This document shows positions 1 through 12,650 of a stretch of DNA of 64,000 nt, piece by piece; within the stretch, counting starts at the first letter, position 1; every line of letters begins with the position of its first letter. The notes beneath the pieces were generated by a model that was given only the letters and a program-made list of their open reading frames with translations, searched no databases and was not told where the DNA came from. Both the position numbers and the translations under genes were made by a program. Origin of the DNA: Mobula hypostoma (taxonomy: Eukaryota); NCBI RefSeq assembly GCF_963921235.1, contig NC_086108.1:34474001-34538000 (forward strand), read 5' to 3'.

Positions 1-212
1 AATGTTAATTGCCTTGTTTACCTACACCTTTCACAGAGGATCCATATTTTCAGTTCATTCTTTGCATTTATGACATTGTTAACAAAAGGATCCAATGCTA
101 TATCCTTTATTCCTTCATATGCTGGCTTGTCTTGTTAGAATCCTTCATTACATGTAAATGCCATCCCTATCCTTTATGACACTGAATTTTTTCAGTCGAC
201 ATTGGAATATAT

Positions 213-550
213 GTCATAGGAGAAAGCGTAACCATTTGGTCTTTCCAGCTTGATCACTGTTCATTACACCATCGAACTCAGCATTTTTGTTTCCTGGGCC
301 CCAGAACCCTTGACTCCATTATGGATTCCTTATCTTCAGCATCTCTACCACTCAATGACCCAGCTTTCTGGGAGAATTCCAAAGATTCCTGACTCCTGAC
401 AGATGACATTCCTCCTCCTCCTCCTCCTCTGTCTTAAAACTTTGAGCCTCCCACCGCGCCCCCCCCCCGCCATTCTGAACCTAGTTCAAGATTCCCAAAA
501 GGGAAATAGTTTTCTCAACATTAACCTTACCAATCTCCTCAGAGTCTTCA
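213..550 (-). mobile_element. Old CR1-type LINE 3' fragment
   Basis: Degenerate reverse-complement similarity to the CR1 3' ends at 31.3-31.6 kb and 62.7-63.1 kb (e.g. gggagaattccaaagattc). Confidence 0.55.
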
Positions 551-1148
551 ACTCAATTCAATTTTAATTGTTATTCAACCACACATGAATGTCAATGAAT
601 ACAGCCAAACAAGACAGAGTTATGCCGGGGTCAAGGTGCAAAACACAGTACTGTGCCAACAGTCACACATGGCATGTACAAGATAGCAAGTGCACATAAG
701 ATATCAGTAAACTATAACCACAGTCTATGAATGTCGCAGAAACCTGCAGTTGACCATAATACAGCTTGTCTTCTGCCGAGCAAACATGGGGGTCACGCCA
801 CCCCCCACTGGAGCACACTGGCTTGTACTTTCCAATAAGATTGGCTCTCATTTTACTGAACTTCATTGAATATAGACTCATGAGTCACAGAATTACATAG
901 CATAGCAACAGACCCTTCAGCCTATTGGCTCCATGCTGCATATTATGCATATAAACACACATTAGGTCTGTACCAGAAACTTCCTTCTCAAATATCCTTC
1001 AGAAGACAATTCCTTTATTGCAGGAATTAACCTAATAAACATTCTCTGAAGAGCCTTCAGTGCAAGTTTACATCCTTTAAATAAGGGAATCAAAACTGTA
1101 CACAGAATGCTGCTTATCCTATCCTGTTAACTGGACATCTACTGACCG

Positions 1149-2022
1149 CCAAGATGTTCGGGTCAAAATGGTGCGAGCTCCGAGGCCTGTGATGTCATGC
1201 CTCAGACATAGTTGTTCTTTAGATTTGTAGCGATGGTTTTAGGGGCAAAAGGGGGATTTAGGAGTCCAGTTAGGGTGTAGGGACAGGGATGAGGGGAATT
1301 TAGAGGTCAAGGACAGGAGCTGATGTTCAGAGTCCATGTCGGAGCACTCTGTGGTCAAAGGTCAGGGATCCCAGAGTTTGGGTTGGCAGGTGCTGAAGCG
1401 ACCTCAACAGGTTGTTGAGTCCAGGATCAGAGGTCCGTATATGTGGGAGTCACATGGGCCGATGACTGCCTCCCCACCCGCTCCTTCAGGTCAAAATGCT
1501 GGAGGTCTGTATGAGGCTGGAAGCCAAGGCCTGAAGGCAAGTCCTGAGGATAAGGCTTGAAGGTCACGCCCATGATCGGCATTTCCTGGGGGCAATACCC
1601 AGAACTTGGCAGTTTGGAGGGCAAAGCTGAGGGTCAAAGTCTAGAGCTCAGTGAATCCAGAGGTGGAAGACTGAAAATCGAAGCCTATGGGTTGGCTTGT
1701 CTGGAGATCAGAGATCTGATGTCTGCGAGTCCAGGCCAGGGACTGGGGGCCAGAGGCGGCCCGTCCTGGGGTTGGAGACCAGTCTGTCTGTGTGTGTGAG
1801 TGAGTGGGTGGGAGGGTCGGAAATGGGCTTTCTTGTTATCTTGTTTTGTTGCTTTTGTTTTTTGTTGTTGTTCTGCTGGACGTTGTGGCCATGCTATGTT
1901 GGTGCCAGAGTCTGTGGTAACACTTGCAGGCTTCCACCAGCTTATCCTTGGTTGTGCTGTTATTAATGCAAAGGACACATTTCATTTCATGCTTCGATGT
2001 ACGCGTGATAGATAGATTTGAA
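1149..2022 (+). mobile_element. Non-autonomous retroposon with a Rex1/L2-like 3' tail
   Basis: Starts ccaagatg, has a degenerate gagtcc-rich body, and ends cttcgatgtacgcgtgatagatagatttgaa. It resembles the opposite-strand element at 2965-3750. Confidence 0.45.
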
Positions 2023-2555
2023 CCCGATGTCACTGAGACCTCCTTATTTCCCCTCCTGTGATACTGCCTCCCTTCTGCCCTGTCACATCTCACCTGCTGA
2101 AATGTGCATCCATTCCTCTCTTGCCCTACTTCGCCATTCTGTTCTTCCTGTCCCAGTGTCATAATGTCTGCCCTCCAACAAGCTGAGGTCATCCATAACC
2201 CTGCCTGGTTGCAGGAAGCCTCAGTCACATGTTCTTTTTGAGCAGTGTGTCAGGACCGAGCTGACTAGGTGGGAACCGCAGAGTATTCCCATGATCTGGT
2301 GGAAGGCGTGTGCTGGGTGGCTTGTTGGCTGGTGTGCTTCTTCTGCCGTTTATGCAGGGCCTCCTGTGTTCCCTAAGCAACAGGGTTTGAAGTTCTTGGG
2401 GCCATTCAGATGCTTCTGCTCAACCTTGGATGGTCATGACCAGGAATTTCCAAGATTCCGTGGGGCAGTGCATTACTGTTTGATACTTTTGAGTTCATCT
2501 TTTGAATCTACCTGCACACTGCTGCTTGCCAATCTAAATTGACTTCTCCTTGACT

Positions 2556-2692
2556 GGTTGCTGATGAAGGGTCTCAGCACGAAACCTTGACAGTGTATTT
2601 CCCTTCACAGATGCTGCCTGACCTGCTGAGTTCCTCCAGCATTTTGCGTGTGTTGCTCAGGATTTCCAGCATCTGCAGAATCGCTTGTGTTT
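2556..2692 (+). mobile_element. Penelope-like element 3' tail (hammerhead-like motif)
   Basis: ctgatgaagggtctcagcacgaaac...gatgctgcctgacctgctgagttcctccagc matches the tail of the GIY-YIG-coding copy at 61505-62550. Confidence 0.75.
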
Positions 2693-2964
2693 CAAGTTTC
2701 ATGGCCCTGCTTCCACACATCAGGCTGTTTTTGTTTGCCCCCACTTTCTTGCTAATCCTCTCCAGTCCTGTGAACATTCCACAGTGCCTGCATTCTTCTA
2801 ATTTTGACTGCCTGAAGATGCCTGATATTTGTTCCTAAATCCTTCTGTTATTGATGGCAATGCTATCGACTATCGATCCCCTTTGGGGAATTCTCTCCCC
2901 AAAGTTCTCCCTTTCCTTTCTTGCCTTCCTCTATTGTCACTTCTCAAACCTACTTCACTGATTT

Positions 2965-3750
2965 AAGACTCAAGTTTATGTTTCACATGTACATCGAAAC
3001 GTACAGTGAAATGTAACATTCATGTTAACAACCAAAATAACTGGGCTCGGCCCCGCAAGTGTCACCACACATAAAGTACCAACACCAATATAGCATCCCA
3101 CAATGCTTGTCAGTGCTGCAGAGCACACAGCAAGCAATGAAACAACAACAGCAAAAACAAATCTTCCTTTCCTCCCTCCATTAACCCTAGGGCAGGCCTC
3201 AAGCCTCCAGCAGACTCGGACTTCACCTTGGAGATATTGGGCTTCGACTCCCCAGTGGATTCACTGAGATTTGTGGATGGGTCTGGCCATCAGGTCTCAA
3301 CTTCTGGACTTCCAATTTGACCCTTGGGCCTCGATCCTCAGTAATCCTCTCCAGGACAGGCCGATCACCAAGCACCAGGCCTCCAAATCCAGGCTCATTG
3401 ATTCGTGAGCCTGGAGGTCATCAGAGCTCGTTCCTCCTGCCTGCACAACACCCTGGTTCACGGCGACAACCCACTAACTTGGGCAGTCCCTCATCCACCT
3501 TCTGCTGGCCCAACATCTGACATCCAACTACGGATGTCCACATCCGCCTCACTGGCCTGCGAAAGCAGAGCAGAGACCTACGTGCTTGCCTGACTTCTAA
3601 TTCCCCCACATTCATGTTCTTAAACCCTAACCTGACCCCTAACATACCTCTGTATCCCCAAAACCATCCTTAAAAAAGTAAAAAAAAATTAAAAAATCAA
3701 CCGACAGTGAGCCGCAACTCGACGGAAGTTGTAACTCAGCACCATCCTGG
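2965..3750 (-). mobile_element. Non-autonomous retroposon related to 1149-2022
   Basis: Its tail cacatgtacatcgaaac is the reverse complement of the tail near 1995, and its head (aaaccctaacctgacccctaa...ccccaaaaccatc) resembles 1233-1280. Confidence 0.45.
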
Positions 3751-4202
3751 GTCAAACATTTGGCCACCAGACCTGATGTTCCCATGATGTTGCTCAGTGC
3801 CAAGCTTTGTTTGATAACACTCCTAAGGGCAAGTCACTGCATTAAAAGTTTTCTATAAAAAGAAGCTCCTTTCTCTTTGTTTAATATTATCCTCAATGGT
3901 GATCTTCTTCACACAAGAAAATAAGTGATCAGCCTGAATGTTAAGTTGTCCATCAGGAAGTTCAGGTTTTGTATTCATCTCCGATTAACTGTCGAGATGG
4001 AATGTTATTTCCTGTGCTGTACTGTTGCATTAGAGCCAAGGATTTTGGCAGCATATTTGTTACTGTAAGAAATGCCTCCCTTATTCATGGTTCTGTGAAA
4101 ACTTGGCGCATGGTGGAGGTCAGTTTTTTGCTTGCATTTCTTCTGCAGTGATGATCAACCAAAATATAGTTCTATACACAATGGATATCATTGGCACGAG
4201 AA

Positions 4203-4385
4203 AGAAAGAATTTGCATTTATATGTTGCCTCTTATCTCCCTGTAATGGTCTGAAATATTTCATGGCTAGTGGAGCTCTTTAGAAATATTTTGTTTTTCTG
4301 CAGGAAAACAGCAGCTAATTTGTGCATGGCAAGATCACACCAATAACAAGAAGGTCTTTCAGCAGATGATCCCATCTTGTTCATG
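4203..4385 (-). mobile_element. Ancient Deu/SacSINE-like SINE fragment
   Basis: The ttgcatttatat tail motif is shared with 8350-8680 and 50550-50850; heavily decayed. Confidence 0.4.
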
Positions 4386-6924
4386 GCGACTGTCTGCTCT
4401 GTCTTCGTTTGGACATACATGCTATATTTTGATCTCTGCACCGTGCTAATGATTATTACACCTAATCACAGTAGCTGGATTTGAAGCTTCAATTTCATTG
4501 TTTTTATCTGCCCACTTTGGTTTTCTTTGCATGGTCAAATTCCTCAAGAGTTCTAGACGTTATCAATAGCCCTCATCTAACCCTCTTGGTCCTATGCACA
4601 TTTCTGTGCCTCCCCTGTTCACTCTGTGGGAACAGAGTCACAAGGTCAACAGCCACTTGCTGCTTGTTAAATGGTGCATTAGTTTAAGGTGATCCTTTGT
4701 GTGCAGTGGAGTGACTCCATTGAGCAGTTGCAAGAACATTTTACAATGCAGTCAGTGAACTCTGCCCTGCTGTACCATCCAAAGATGTTCATTAATTGAA
4801 GAAGATGAAGGAGGAGGAGACACACCTGCTTGGAGCTCTGGCTCACCCGAGTCTGTCTGTCCACATCCAAGATCAGGCTGTAGACTACAATTCGTGTGTG
4901 CGTGCGCACCCCGTGTCTAACTCTGCACAAGTGTTTATTGGACTCTTTGGCTGGAGGCACAGGGTCACCAACTTGGAAATGTTTTTGGGTGTGCCCTCGT
5001 ACTCTGGCCCATGCTGAGCAGCAGTCGCACAGAACTGGAATGCACCCTTGATGAAATATCACTGCGGGCAGCAATAGCTTGATTCCTATCTGTGTTAGAA
5101 ATGTGTTCAGTACACTTCTACATCTGCAGTGCTGTGACCCAGTGTATCATTCACACAATGCCCCTTGCTACCAAATCAACTATCTTAATTTTAGTTTTAA
5201 AAAGCTCAGTCTCTAGTGGAGTTAAAATTGGGTGAAATTTAATAAAAAATTACTGATGGGTAGCTTGTTTGTACATGTCTTTCTCCTTGGTAACAGGTTA
5301 TATTTTGATTGCTCCTGCCATCCTACCTGACTGGCATCAGATGCGTGAAGTATTCCTCTAATTAATCATAGGCGGCCAAAGTATTGTTTGAAATCCTTTC
5401 TCCAGTCAGCCTCTGGCCACTCACTTTTGGTGAATAAGGCTGAAAAAAAAAACCTGATGGCTTGTCTGAAGCATTATTAAAGAATTGAAAAGTCATACAA
5501 CTTAGAAATAGCCCCCCCCCCACCCCACCTCCCGGTCCACTATGTCTATTACTGACCATCATGTACCGATCAACGCTATCAGTTTTGACTTTACATCCTT
5601 TTCACAACCAGGAGTACTTGCTTCCACCAACATGAAGTACCTTTGCCCTTCTCTCTGCTTCTGGAACCCTCGACTTTGCTTTTGTTGCTTCTAGATTTCA
5701 TTTGTCTGGTCTGACTTGTCAACCTTACGATTTCCTTTTTCCACAGAGTTCAAAAGGCCGCTGTCTTTACTCTGTTTTATGTAACCATCACCAGTGCCGT
5801 CAGATAATTGCCAAAGCTGTTCCTCTAATCTCCATTTAGGCCTACTTTTAGTCCATTCAATATTTTAAAAGTAAATTTTCAGGATTTGAGTGTTACTGGC
5901 TAGACCCATCGTTTAATCCCCTGGGGAAGGTGTTACTGAGCTGCCTTTTTGAACTGATGAAGATATTCCCTGGACGCTCTTGGGTAGGAAATTGCACAGT
6001 TTAGATCCTGTGATGATCTAATTCATGTAAGTGTAATAATACATAGTCTATATGATTTTTCATGATTCCAGGACTATCTAATTCCTAATACATGTAAATG
6101 TAAATGGCAAATAAAGTTGGTCCTTGATCTTTGAAAGGCAAGACAGCATGATATGCAGCGTGGGGAGGAACATGAAGATGGTGGTACTCTCATTCCATTC
6201 TCCTCCTCAATGTGTGAACTAATTCCTTGGGTGGACAGAGTGCATAACTACAGTATATTTTGTAGCTGGCAGACAATGAGACCACTGCTGCATGGGTGGT
6301 GGGGAGAATGACTGTTTAGGATGTGAATAGAATGGAAAAAGAGAAGTGGCTAGTGAACTGGGATTAGTCAGTCATAGAGTCACAGAGAGTAATGAAGCAG
6401 GTACTTCGGCCCATCTAGTCTGTTCTGAACTATTATTCTGCCTAGTCTATTGACCTGCACCTGGATCATAGCCTCCACACCCCTCCATCCTTGCATTCAT
6501 TTGCAAGGAACATATTTGTAGGCGTAGATCAATTAGGTCAAATAACCAGCTTTGTAATGTATCTCTTCTGTTATTCTTTTAAGAACAGAAAGAAATGAAT
6601 ACTGTTCCTAATCTGGATTTAGTGGGGCGTTGCTGACATTCTGTCCTTGCATGGCTGGTAGTCATATCTAAAACTTCATTACACTATAAATGTGAGGGAC
6701 AAGACGTCATCCTTTTCTTTCACTCGCTTTTCAAGCAGATCCAGTAAGATTTGCACAGTGGTGCCCTGGCTGAAGGCGTGGGTGCTTCTCTTCACTAGTC
6801 GCAACTTAAGTGCCAACTTCTGATCTCATTACTAATCTTGCTGTAGCAAAAACCTGTCTGTATGAAGGCAGTGCTCACTGAGAACGTGGCGTGAAGCTTT
6901 AGTTGGGGGCTGGGTGAGAGAATA

Positions 6925-7140
6925 CCCTGAAGTAGTGCTTCTGAGGCTGTTATTAAGCTTTTCCATCATGCTGTTAGATGAAGTTAAAGTTCCTTGAGTC
7001 AGTTCTGCCAAAACAGAATTCATCCTTCTCTTATGCTGAGCATTTCTCAGAAATGACTCTGAATTCCCCCTTCTCACATTCCTAACCAACATCTCCAGTG
7101 TCGCGTTTGGAAATTGGTTGTTGGTTTTTGTCCTCTTGGT
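6925..7140 (-). pseudogene. Decayed Myb/SANT-like DNA-binding ORF, probably from a PIF/Harbinger transposon
   Basis: Minus frame reads KRTKTNNQFPNATLEMLVRNVRR...VLAELTQG...MEKLNNSLRS, similar in spacing to the RF-S-x3-LE-x-LV-x2-V...W-x2-VA...KKFNDL pattern of Harbinger Myb/SANT proteins. The conserved Trp residues are lost. Confidence 0.4.
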
Positions 7141-7384
7141 AAGCCCTGGTTTTCTTCAAGAAATCCGATCATCCTGAGGTGCTCTTCTCTCAGGAAAGCA
7201 AGAAACAAAGCCCCGTGGATACACAGGACTAGTTTTGAAAGAGCTAAGTTCCTGGTCCCATTGGAGAGGTCAGGCCCAATATCTGGCACATGGTGCATGG
7301 GCCATTGAGCTACCCTGGTGATGGTGCACTGTGATTACACTCTGCAGTTCTGAGTGGCATTGTTTGTTTCAGTGGGGTGGATAT

Positions 7385-7660
7385 GGGTAAACCTAGAACC
7401 AGTTTTAGAGTAAAGAGTCACTCAGTTAAGAAGTGGGTGAAGCACCTTTCCTTCTCTCAGGGAGTCATGAACACTCTGAATCAACGGGCATTGGAGGAAG
7501 AGCCTTTAGATCTTTCTAATGCAAAAATAGACGAATTTTTGATTAGAAAGTGAGTGAAGGGTTAGCAGAGGGAGGCAGAAATGCAGAGTTGAGGTTATTA
7601 TCAGGTTGGCAGTGGCTGAGTATGGGCTCAAGGGGGTCCTACTTCAGCATCTAATTTGTT
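7385..7660 (+). mobile_element. Old CR1 LINE 3' fragment
   Basis: Degenerate match to the CR1 3' end (aaacctagaac...ttctctcagggagtcatgaacactctgaa...aagggttagcagagggaggcag). Confidence 0.5.
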
Positions 7661-7995
7661 TCTTCCCGTGTATGTTTGTACAGTTCCTTTTGGCCAAAAG
7701 TTTTTATGAAACATTCTCGTCCTGAGCTGGTTAAGAGGAAAGATATGGCACTATTGGTGGTCTTTAAGGAGCACATTACTAGCAATATAGTATTACAGTA
7801 TTACATCAAATACAATTCTGGCTCCATGGACAAACTGGAAATTGACAGAGTGTGTGGTTAAATCTGAATGACTTTATCATTAGGAAAAAAATTAAAAATC
7901 CATAGCTTCAATTATCAGGCAGCTAATCATTACAAATCCAAATAGGAAACCAGTATATAAATTAATGCTTAATAACCAAGGGATTTTTTTTGAAA

Positions 7996-8292
7996 TTAGA
8001 TTAGTTTAGATTAGATTAGATTGAACTTTATTGTCATTGCGCCGAGTACAGATACAAAGCCAATGAAATGCAGTTAGCATCTGACCAGAAATGCAAAGAA
8101 TAGTGTTATTTACAAAATAACTGCGAATGAAAAGTGCTACAGCACACAAATATAAAAGTACTGAGACAGTCCAATATGGGTGCAATACTGCTTAGCACTG
8201 TGATGTGAGGTTCAGCAGGGTCACAGCCTCGGGGAAGAAGCTCTTCCTGTGCCTGCTGGTGCAGGAGCAGAGGCTCCTGTAGCGCCTACCAG
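7996..8292 (-). mobile_element. Rex1/Babar-type LINE 3' end with (TTAGA)n tail
   Basis: (ttaga)n array followed by aactttattgtcatt and gggaagaagctcttcctgtgcctgctggtgc...gcgcctaccaga, the reverse of the LPSGRRYRSL C-terminus. Confidence 0.7.
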
Positions 8293-8349
8293 ATTGGCTC
8301 AATTATCCATTTATGGTATTTACCAGTAGAGAGGCAGATTGCAATTAAA

Positions 8350-8680
8350 GGAAGACTTGCATTTATATAATGCTTTCTCGACCTTCATATTCCAAAGCAT
8401 TTTATAGCCTGGAAGTGTATTCACTAGAAACGGGGCAGCCAAAGCACACACCGTAACCTGCAGAGTGGTAATGGACTAGTGATCAGTTTGAGTGATGCTA
8501 GAACGACTAATAGTGGTGGGGACATAATGGAATAGTTTCCTGCTTCTTTTAGGAATAGAGACATGGCAGCTTTAATGTGCATCTAATGGATTCGGCAAGT
8601 TCCCGATTTAACATCTTGTCTACGGTGGATGACCTTTGACAGTGCAGTATGCCCCCAGTACTGAACTGGAGTATCAGCCT
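8350..8680 (-). mobile_element. Deu/SacSINE-like ancient SINE
   Basis: gacttgcatttatataatgcttt tail and tttaacatcttgtc...gacagtgcagtatgcccccagtactgaactggagtatcagcct body. Confidence 0.55.
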
Positions 8681-8911
8681 CATTTTTTCCCAAAAAAAAA
8701 TTGACTTGCCTCATGATAAAAAAAATATACAAAAGTAAGAAGTAATACAGGAAGCCTTTGCATTACTTAGTGTAAACTTTGAAGATGGAAAAATAAAACA
8801 CAATTAAGCATCGCATTGTTGCAATCATGTGGCAGCATGGTGTGATACCCCTTTCTTAGTTCGAGGTGCTTCCCTACCCAAATCCTGCCTCGCTGTTTGC
8901 GGTAATGGAAG

Positions 8912-9004
8912 GAGCATAGAGCCTTTGTATTGGCTGAACTGAGAATCAGTGCAGCCTTCAGTACGTACACCTGTAGCCCAATCCTAGCCAGCCTGCAGCA
9001 TTCT
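8912..9004 (-). mobile_element. L1/Tx1-like ORF2 C-terminal remnant
   Basis: Minus translation ECCRLARIGLQVYVLKAALILSSANTKAL resembles the Tx1 ORF2 end (ECCRLAHS.LQ.YVLRDALKLG). Confidence 0.5.
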
Positions 9005-9209
9005 AATTTTTGAATGAAACTTCTTATGACCTTTAACTCAGAACTGAGTAAGTTATAGAACCAGCCTTGTCTAGCAGTACTAATATACCCTTAAGTAAGT
9101 GTATCTCTATAGTAGGGGAGAACAGAGGTAATATGTACATACATATTGTGAGACATACTGAGTGATATTCTCCCATTTCCTCTGTGTGGGTGTAAGTAGG
9201 CTGGATTTT

Positions 9210-9570
9210 CTTTTATTTTAAGATTATGAGAACACTCAGTCCTCTTTTATTGTCATTTAGAAATGCATACATGCACTAAGAAATGATACAATGTTTCTCC
9301 GGAGTGATATCACAGAAAACAGGACAAACCAAATACTAACACTGACAGAACCACGTAATTATAACATAGTTACAGCAGCGCAAAGCAATACCATAATTTG
9401 ATGAAGAACAAACCATGGGCATGGTAAATAAAGTCTCAAAAGTCCCCAAGTTGGTTGACTCCCGAGTCCCCAATAGCAGGCGGCAAAAGGGAGAAACTCC
9501 CTGCCATAAACCTCCAGGCACCGTCAACTTGCCAATGCCTTGGAAGCAGCCGACCACAGCCGATAGGCTG
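9210..9570 (-). mobile_element. Retroposon 3' tail (Rex1-like tail family)
   Basis: cttttattgtcatttagaaatgcatac tail similar to the other reverse-oriented LINE tails in the window. Confidence 0.45.
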
Positions 9571-10496
9571 GATTTTCTGACATTTTCATTCACCTATCTG
9601 CTTCCTTGCAAAGATATTTTGTGGGACTGTCCGTGGAATGTTTAAATTTAAGAAGATTTTGCTAAATGTATAACACAGAGTGGTTCTTCCATTATTTATG
9701 GACTTTACTTGAATTTCCTCTCACCACCTTCTTACAGAAGGTAGCCAGGATTGACAAATACAAAGGTATCTTTCCAGTTGTTTGGGAATGAAACAGAATG
9801 TGAAGGGCTATTATGGTTTGGTTGGCAGTGAGATTCATTGTTTGCTTGACCAGTCCAATTGGTTGGATTCACTGCGGCATGGTCTGTGCGATATATCCTG
9901 CAGGTAACCATGGCAAATCACCGTGTTTGTGTCTAATGACTATTATTGAAATGTTTGTGGAGACTCCTGACCAAGTTTACTGTGTTAACATTATCCCCCC
10001 AGCTGCCAAAAGGTTCAGACTGCCGTGATGTTTGCAATTGTGTGGAATTTTATTAATTTTGCCCTGCACAGTAGTGTCTTTGTTTTTTCAAGTGTGCTGC
10101 TTTCAAATTCTTTGCACTGACAAGACTAACCAACAGTATCAGCCACAGATGATATTGTTTGTGCTACAGCTTTTTTTGTGTCTTAAGAGCTTTCCAGGGA
10201 GGATTGTGTCACATTTAGCACAACCGGATGAACTCTTAACCACCATCTTCCTGGCCTGCATTCATCCCATCTCCCATGGCTACTGCTTTCAATTAGGCAG
10301 CCACCTGAGTTATCTGTGGCAGCATAGTGGGTAAGAGTAGGAATAAGAGAAGAATTGGTGCAGTGAAGCTGTAAAGAGAGGATTGTAAAAATCAAATATT
10401 CTTTTTAACTATGTGCAGTGATTTTCACTCCTCGCTATTTGCGGTAAAATAGTAAGTTCTTGTTTTCAGAAATAATGGCAATCACTTTTTTATATA

Positions 10497-10751
10497 TTTT
10501 TCTTTGTGTGCCATACTAACCGCCAGAGCCTCGACGACCACTTTTTCAAGTGGTTGTCTTGGATGAAAGATCCTGTGAGTGGTCCCCCACGTCCGTCTCA
10601 CAGCGCAGTCTTTTTTTACGAGGCCGAGTTGCGACATAACGCTCAACCAGGCATGGATGGAAAGCGTGCCCAGGAGCGGCCTGACTGGATTCAAACTCGG
10701 GCACCCTCGCTCCAGAGTCCGGCGCTGATGTCACTGCGCCAACCAGCCAGC
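10497..10751 (-). mobile_element. tRNA-derived SINE, relatively young
   Basis: Minus strand has an A box (tggcgcagtg), a B box (gagtttgaatcc), retained CpGs and an A-rich tail. Its head resembles 20355-20420. Confidence 0.7.
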
Positions 10752-11025
10752 TACCTTTTTTCTATACTAACACAAATCTAATAATCAAGCAAACTTGGGA
10801 CTTCGATATTACTGGACTGGCAGATTTTCTATTGGATGTTATTCCTGTTCTTTTCCAACAAATTTTTGGTCCACTTATTATAAATTGTAACATGGTATCC
10901 CAATGAAAAATTCCAGTGAACCCTAAGCTTAAAGGCAACTGGGGCCCGGGCGAGTTTCAGCAGGGTGCGTGAAACATCCCTTCAGTCGGCTACTGAACCA
11001 TTTGGATTTCCAGATAAATATCAGA

Positions 11026-11301
11026 TGGCTCAGTATGGTATCATAGTGGTTAGCACGACACTTTACAGTACAGGTGATCCTGGGTTCAGTTCGCGCCACT
11101 GTCTGTAATGAGTTTCTCCCCATGTGTGGGTTTCCTCCAGGTGCTCTGGTTTCCTCCCGCAGTCGGAAGATGTACCAGTTGATAGGTTAATTGATGGTTG
11201 TAAATTGTCCTGCGATTAGGCTAGGATCAAATCGGGAGATTGTTGGGCAGCACTCTTGAAGGGCCAGAAGGCCTATTCTGTGCTGTAACTCAGTAAATAA
11301 A
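11026..11301 (+). mobile_element. HE1/V-SINE-like tRNA-derived SINE
   Basis: tRNA head (tagtggttagc...gggttcagttc), central gtgggtttcctccaggtgctctggtttcctccc domain, and CR1-like tail gaagggccagaaggcctattctgtgctgta. Confidence 0.8.
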
Positions 11302-11540
11302 TGACTTATCACTGTATTGTCTGGTGGAAGTGCACGGGAGTACCAGTGGTCAGTTGTATTTCACTGGCGGAGACATTGCCATGTGCAGCTGCTTCCACTC
11401 TACAATGTCATTCTTCCAGCAGCCCAGCCCCATGACCATGATGGTGCTGTGCCCTCGATTCTTTTGCTTCCTGATCCCACTTATTCCTTATTAACCCATC
11501 ACAGTTAATTCTGCTGTATTAACACACACAGCTTTCTCAG

Positions 11541-12262
11541 CACAAGAGATACTGCAGATACTGGAAATCCAAAGCAACACGTACAAAATACTGTAGGAAA
11601 TTAGCAGGTCAGGCAGTATCTGTGGAAATAAATAAATAGTCGACATTTTGGGCTGAGACCCTTCTTCGGGACTGGAAAGGAATGGAGAGGATACCAGAAT
11701 AAGAAGATGGGGGAGAGGGGAAGTACAAGTTAGAAATTGATAGTTGAAGCCAGCTGGGTGCGGGGCGGGGGGAGGGATGAAGTAAGAAGCTGGGTGGCCA
11801 TGGACCAATATGCTGGAATGGAAATTGGAACCGTAATTAAAATGTGAGAGGCCATTCTTGGAGGAAGAACAACACCTTATATTCCTTCTGGGTAGCCTCC
11901 AAACTGATGGCATTAATATTGATTTTCTCCTTCTGGTAAAAAAAATACCCTCCCCTTCCCCTCTTCTCCTATTCTCCACTCTGGCCCCTTACCTCTTCTC
12001 ACCTGCCTATCACCTTCCCCTGTGTCCTCTCTTCCTTCCCTTTCTCCCTTGATCCACTCTCCTTTCCTATCAGATCCTTTCCTCTCCAGCCCTTTACCTT
12101 TCTAACCCCCCTGGCCTCACGTATCACCTTCTCGCTGTCCTCCTTCGCCTCCCCCCACCTTTTTATTATGGCGCCTTCCCCCTTCCTTTTCAGTCCTGAA
12201 GAAGGGTCTTGGCCTGGAGATGGTGCCTGACCTGCTGAGTTCCTCCAGCATTTTGTGTGTAG
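11541..12262. mobile_element. Penelope-like element with inverted 3' parts
   Basis: 11541-~11800 is a minus-strand tail. 11858-12262 is plus strand and encodes the GIY-YIG end LEEEQHLIFLLGSLQTDGINIDF before the same tail. Confidence 0.8.
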
Positions 12263-12650
12263 TGTTAACGAGTGATCTCCAGAGACACAGTACAATAGTT
12301 TTATTTCCCCAGGCTGAAATATGAGAAGTTAGATGGCCTCAGTATTGATACCCCTCTGCCTATACTTAGTTTCACCGCCGCACACTTTCTTTCCTGAGTG
12401 CATTGATTCCTGTTTGGAAATAACTCATCGATAGTGACAGGTCTCTGCTTCCCTTGCTTGAGCATCCATCCCTCTTGCATAGTCAAAGCACTTGTAATTT
12501 AGACCTTTACAATCCTTGCCCTTTATGAGTAATAGTGGCTGTTCTCTGAAGTCCAGGGTCACAGGGCTGAGGCTGGCAGGGGAACTTATTACATATCAGC
12601 CGTCTGTTTGGGTCTAGTCTTGATGTCGTCAAATAACAAGATTGCTTAAT

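Noticed and set aside
4679..5074. Coding-like segment
   Set aside because: It has stops or uninformative translations and I could not assign it; possibly a decayed transposon.
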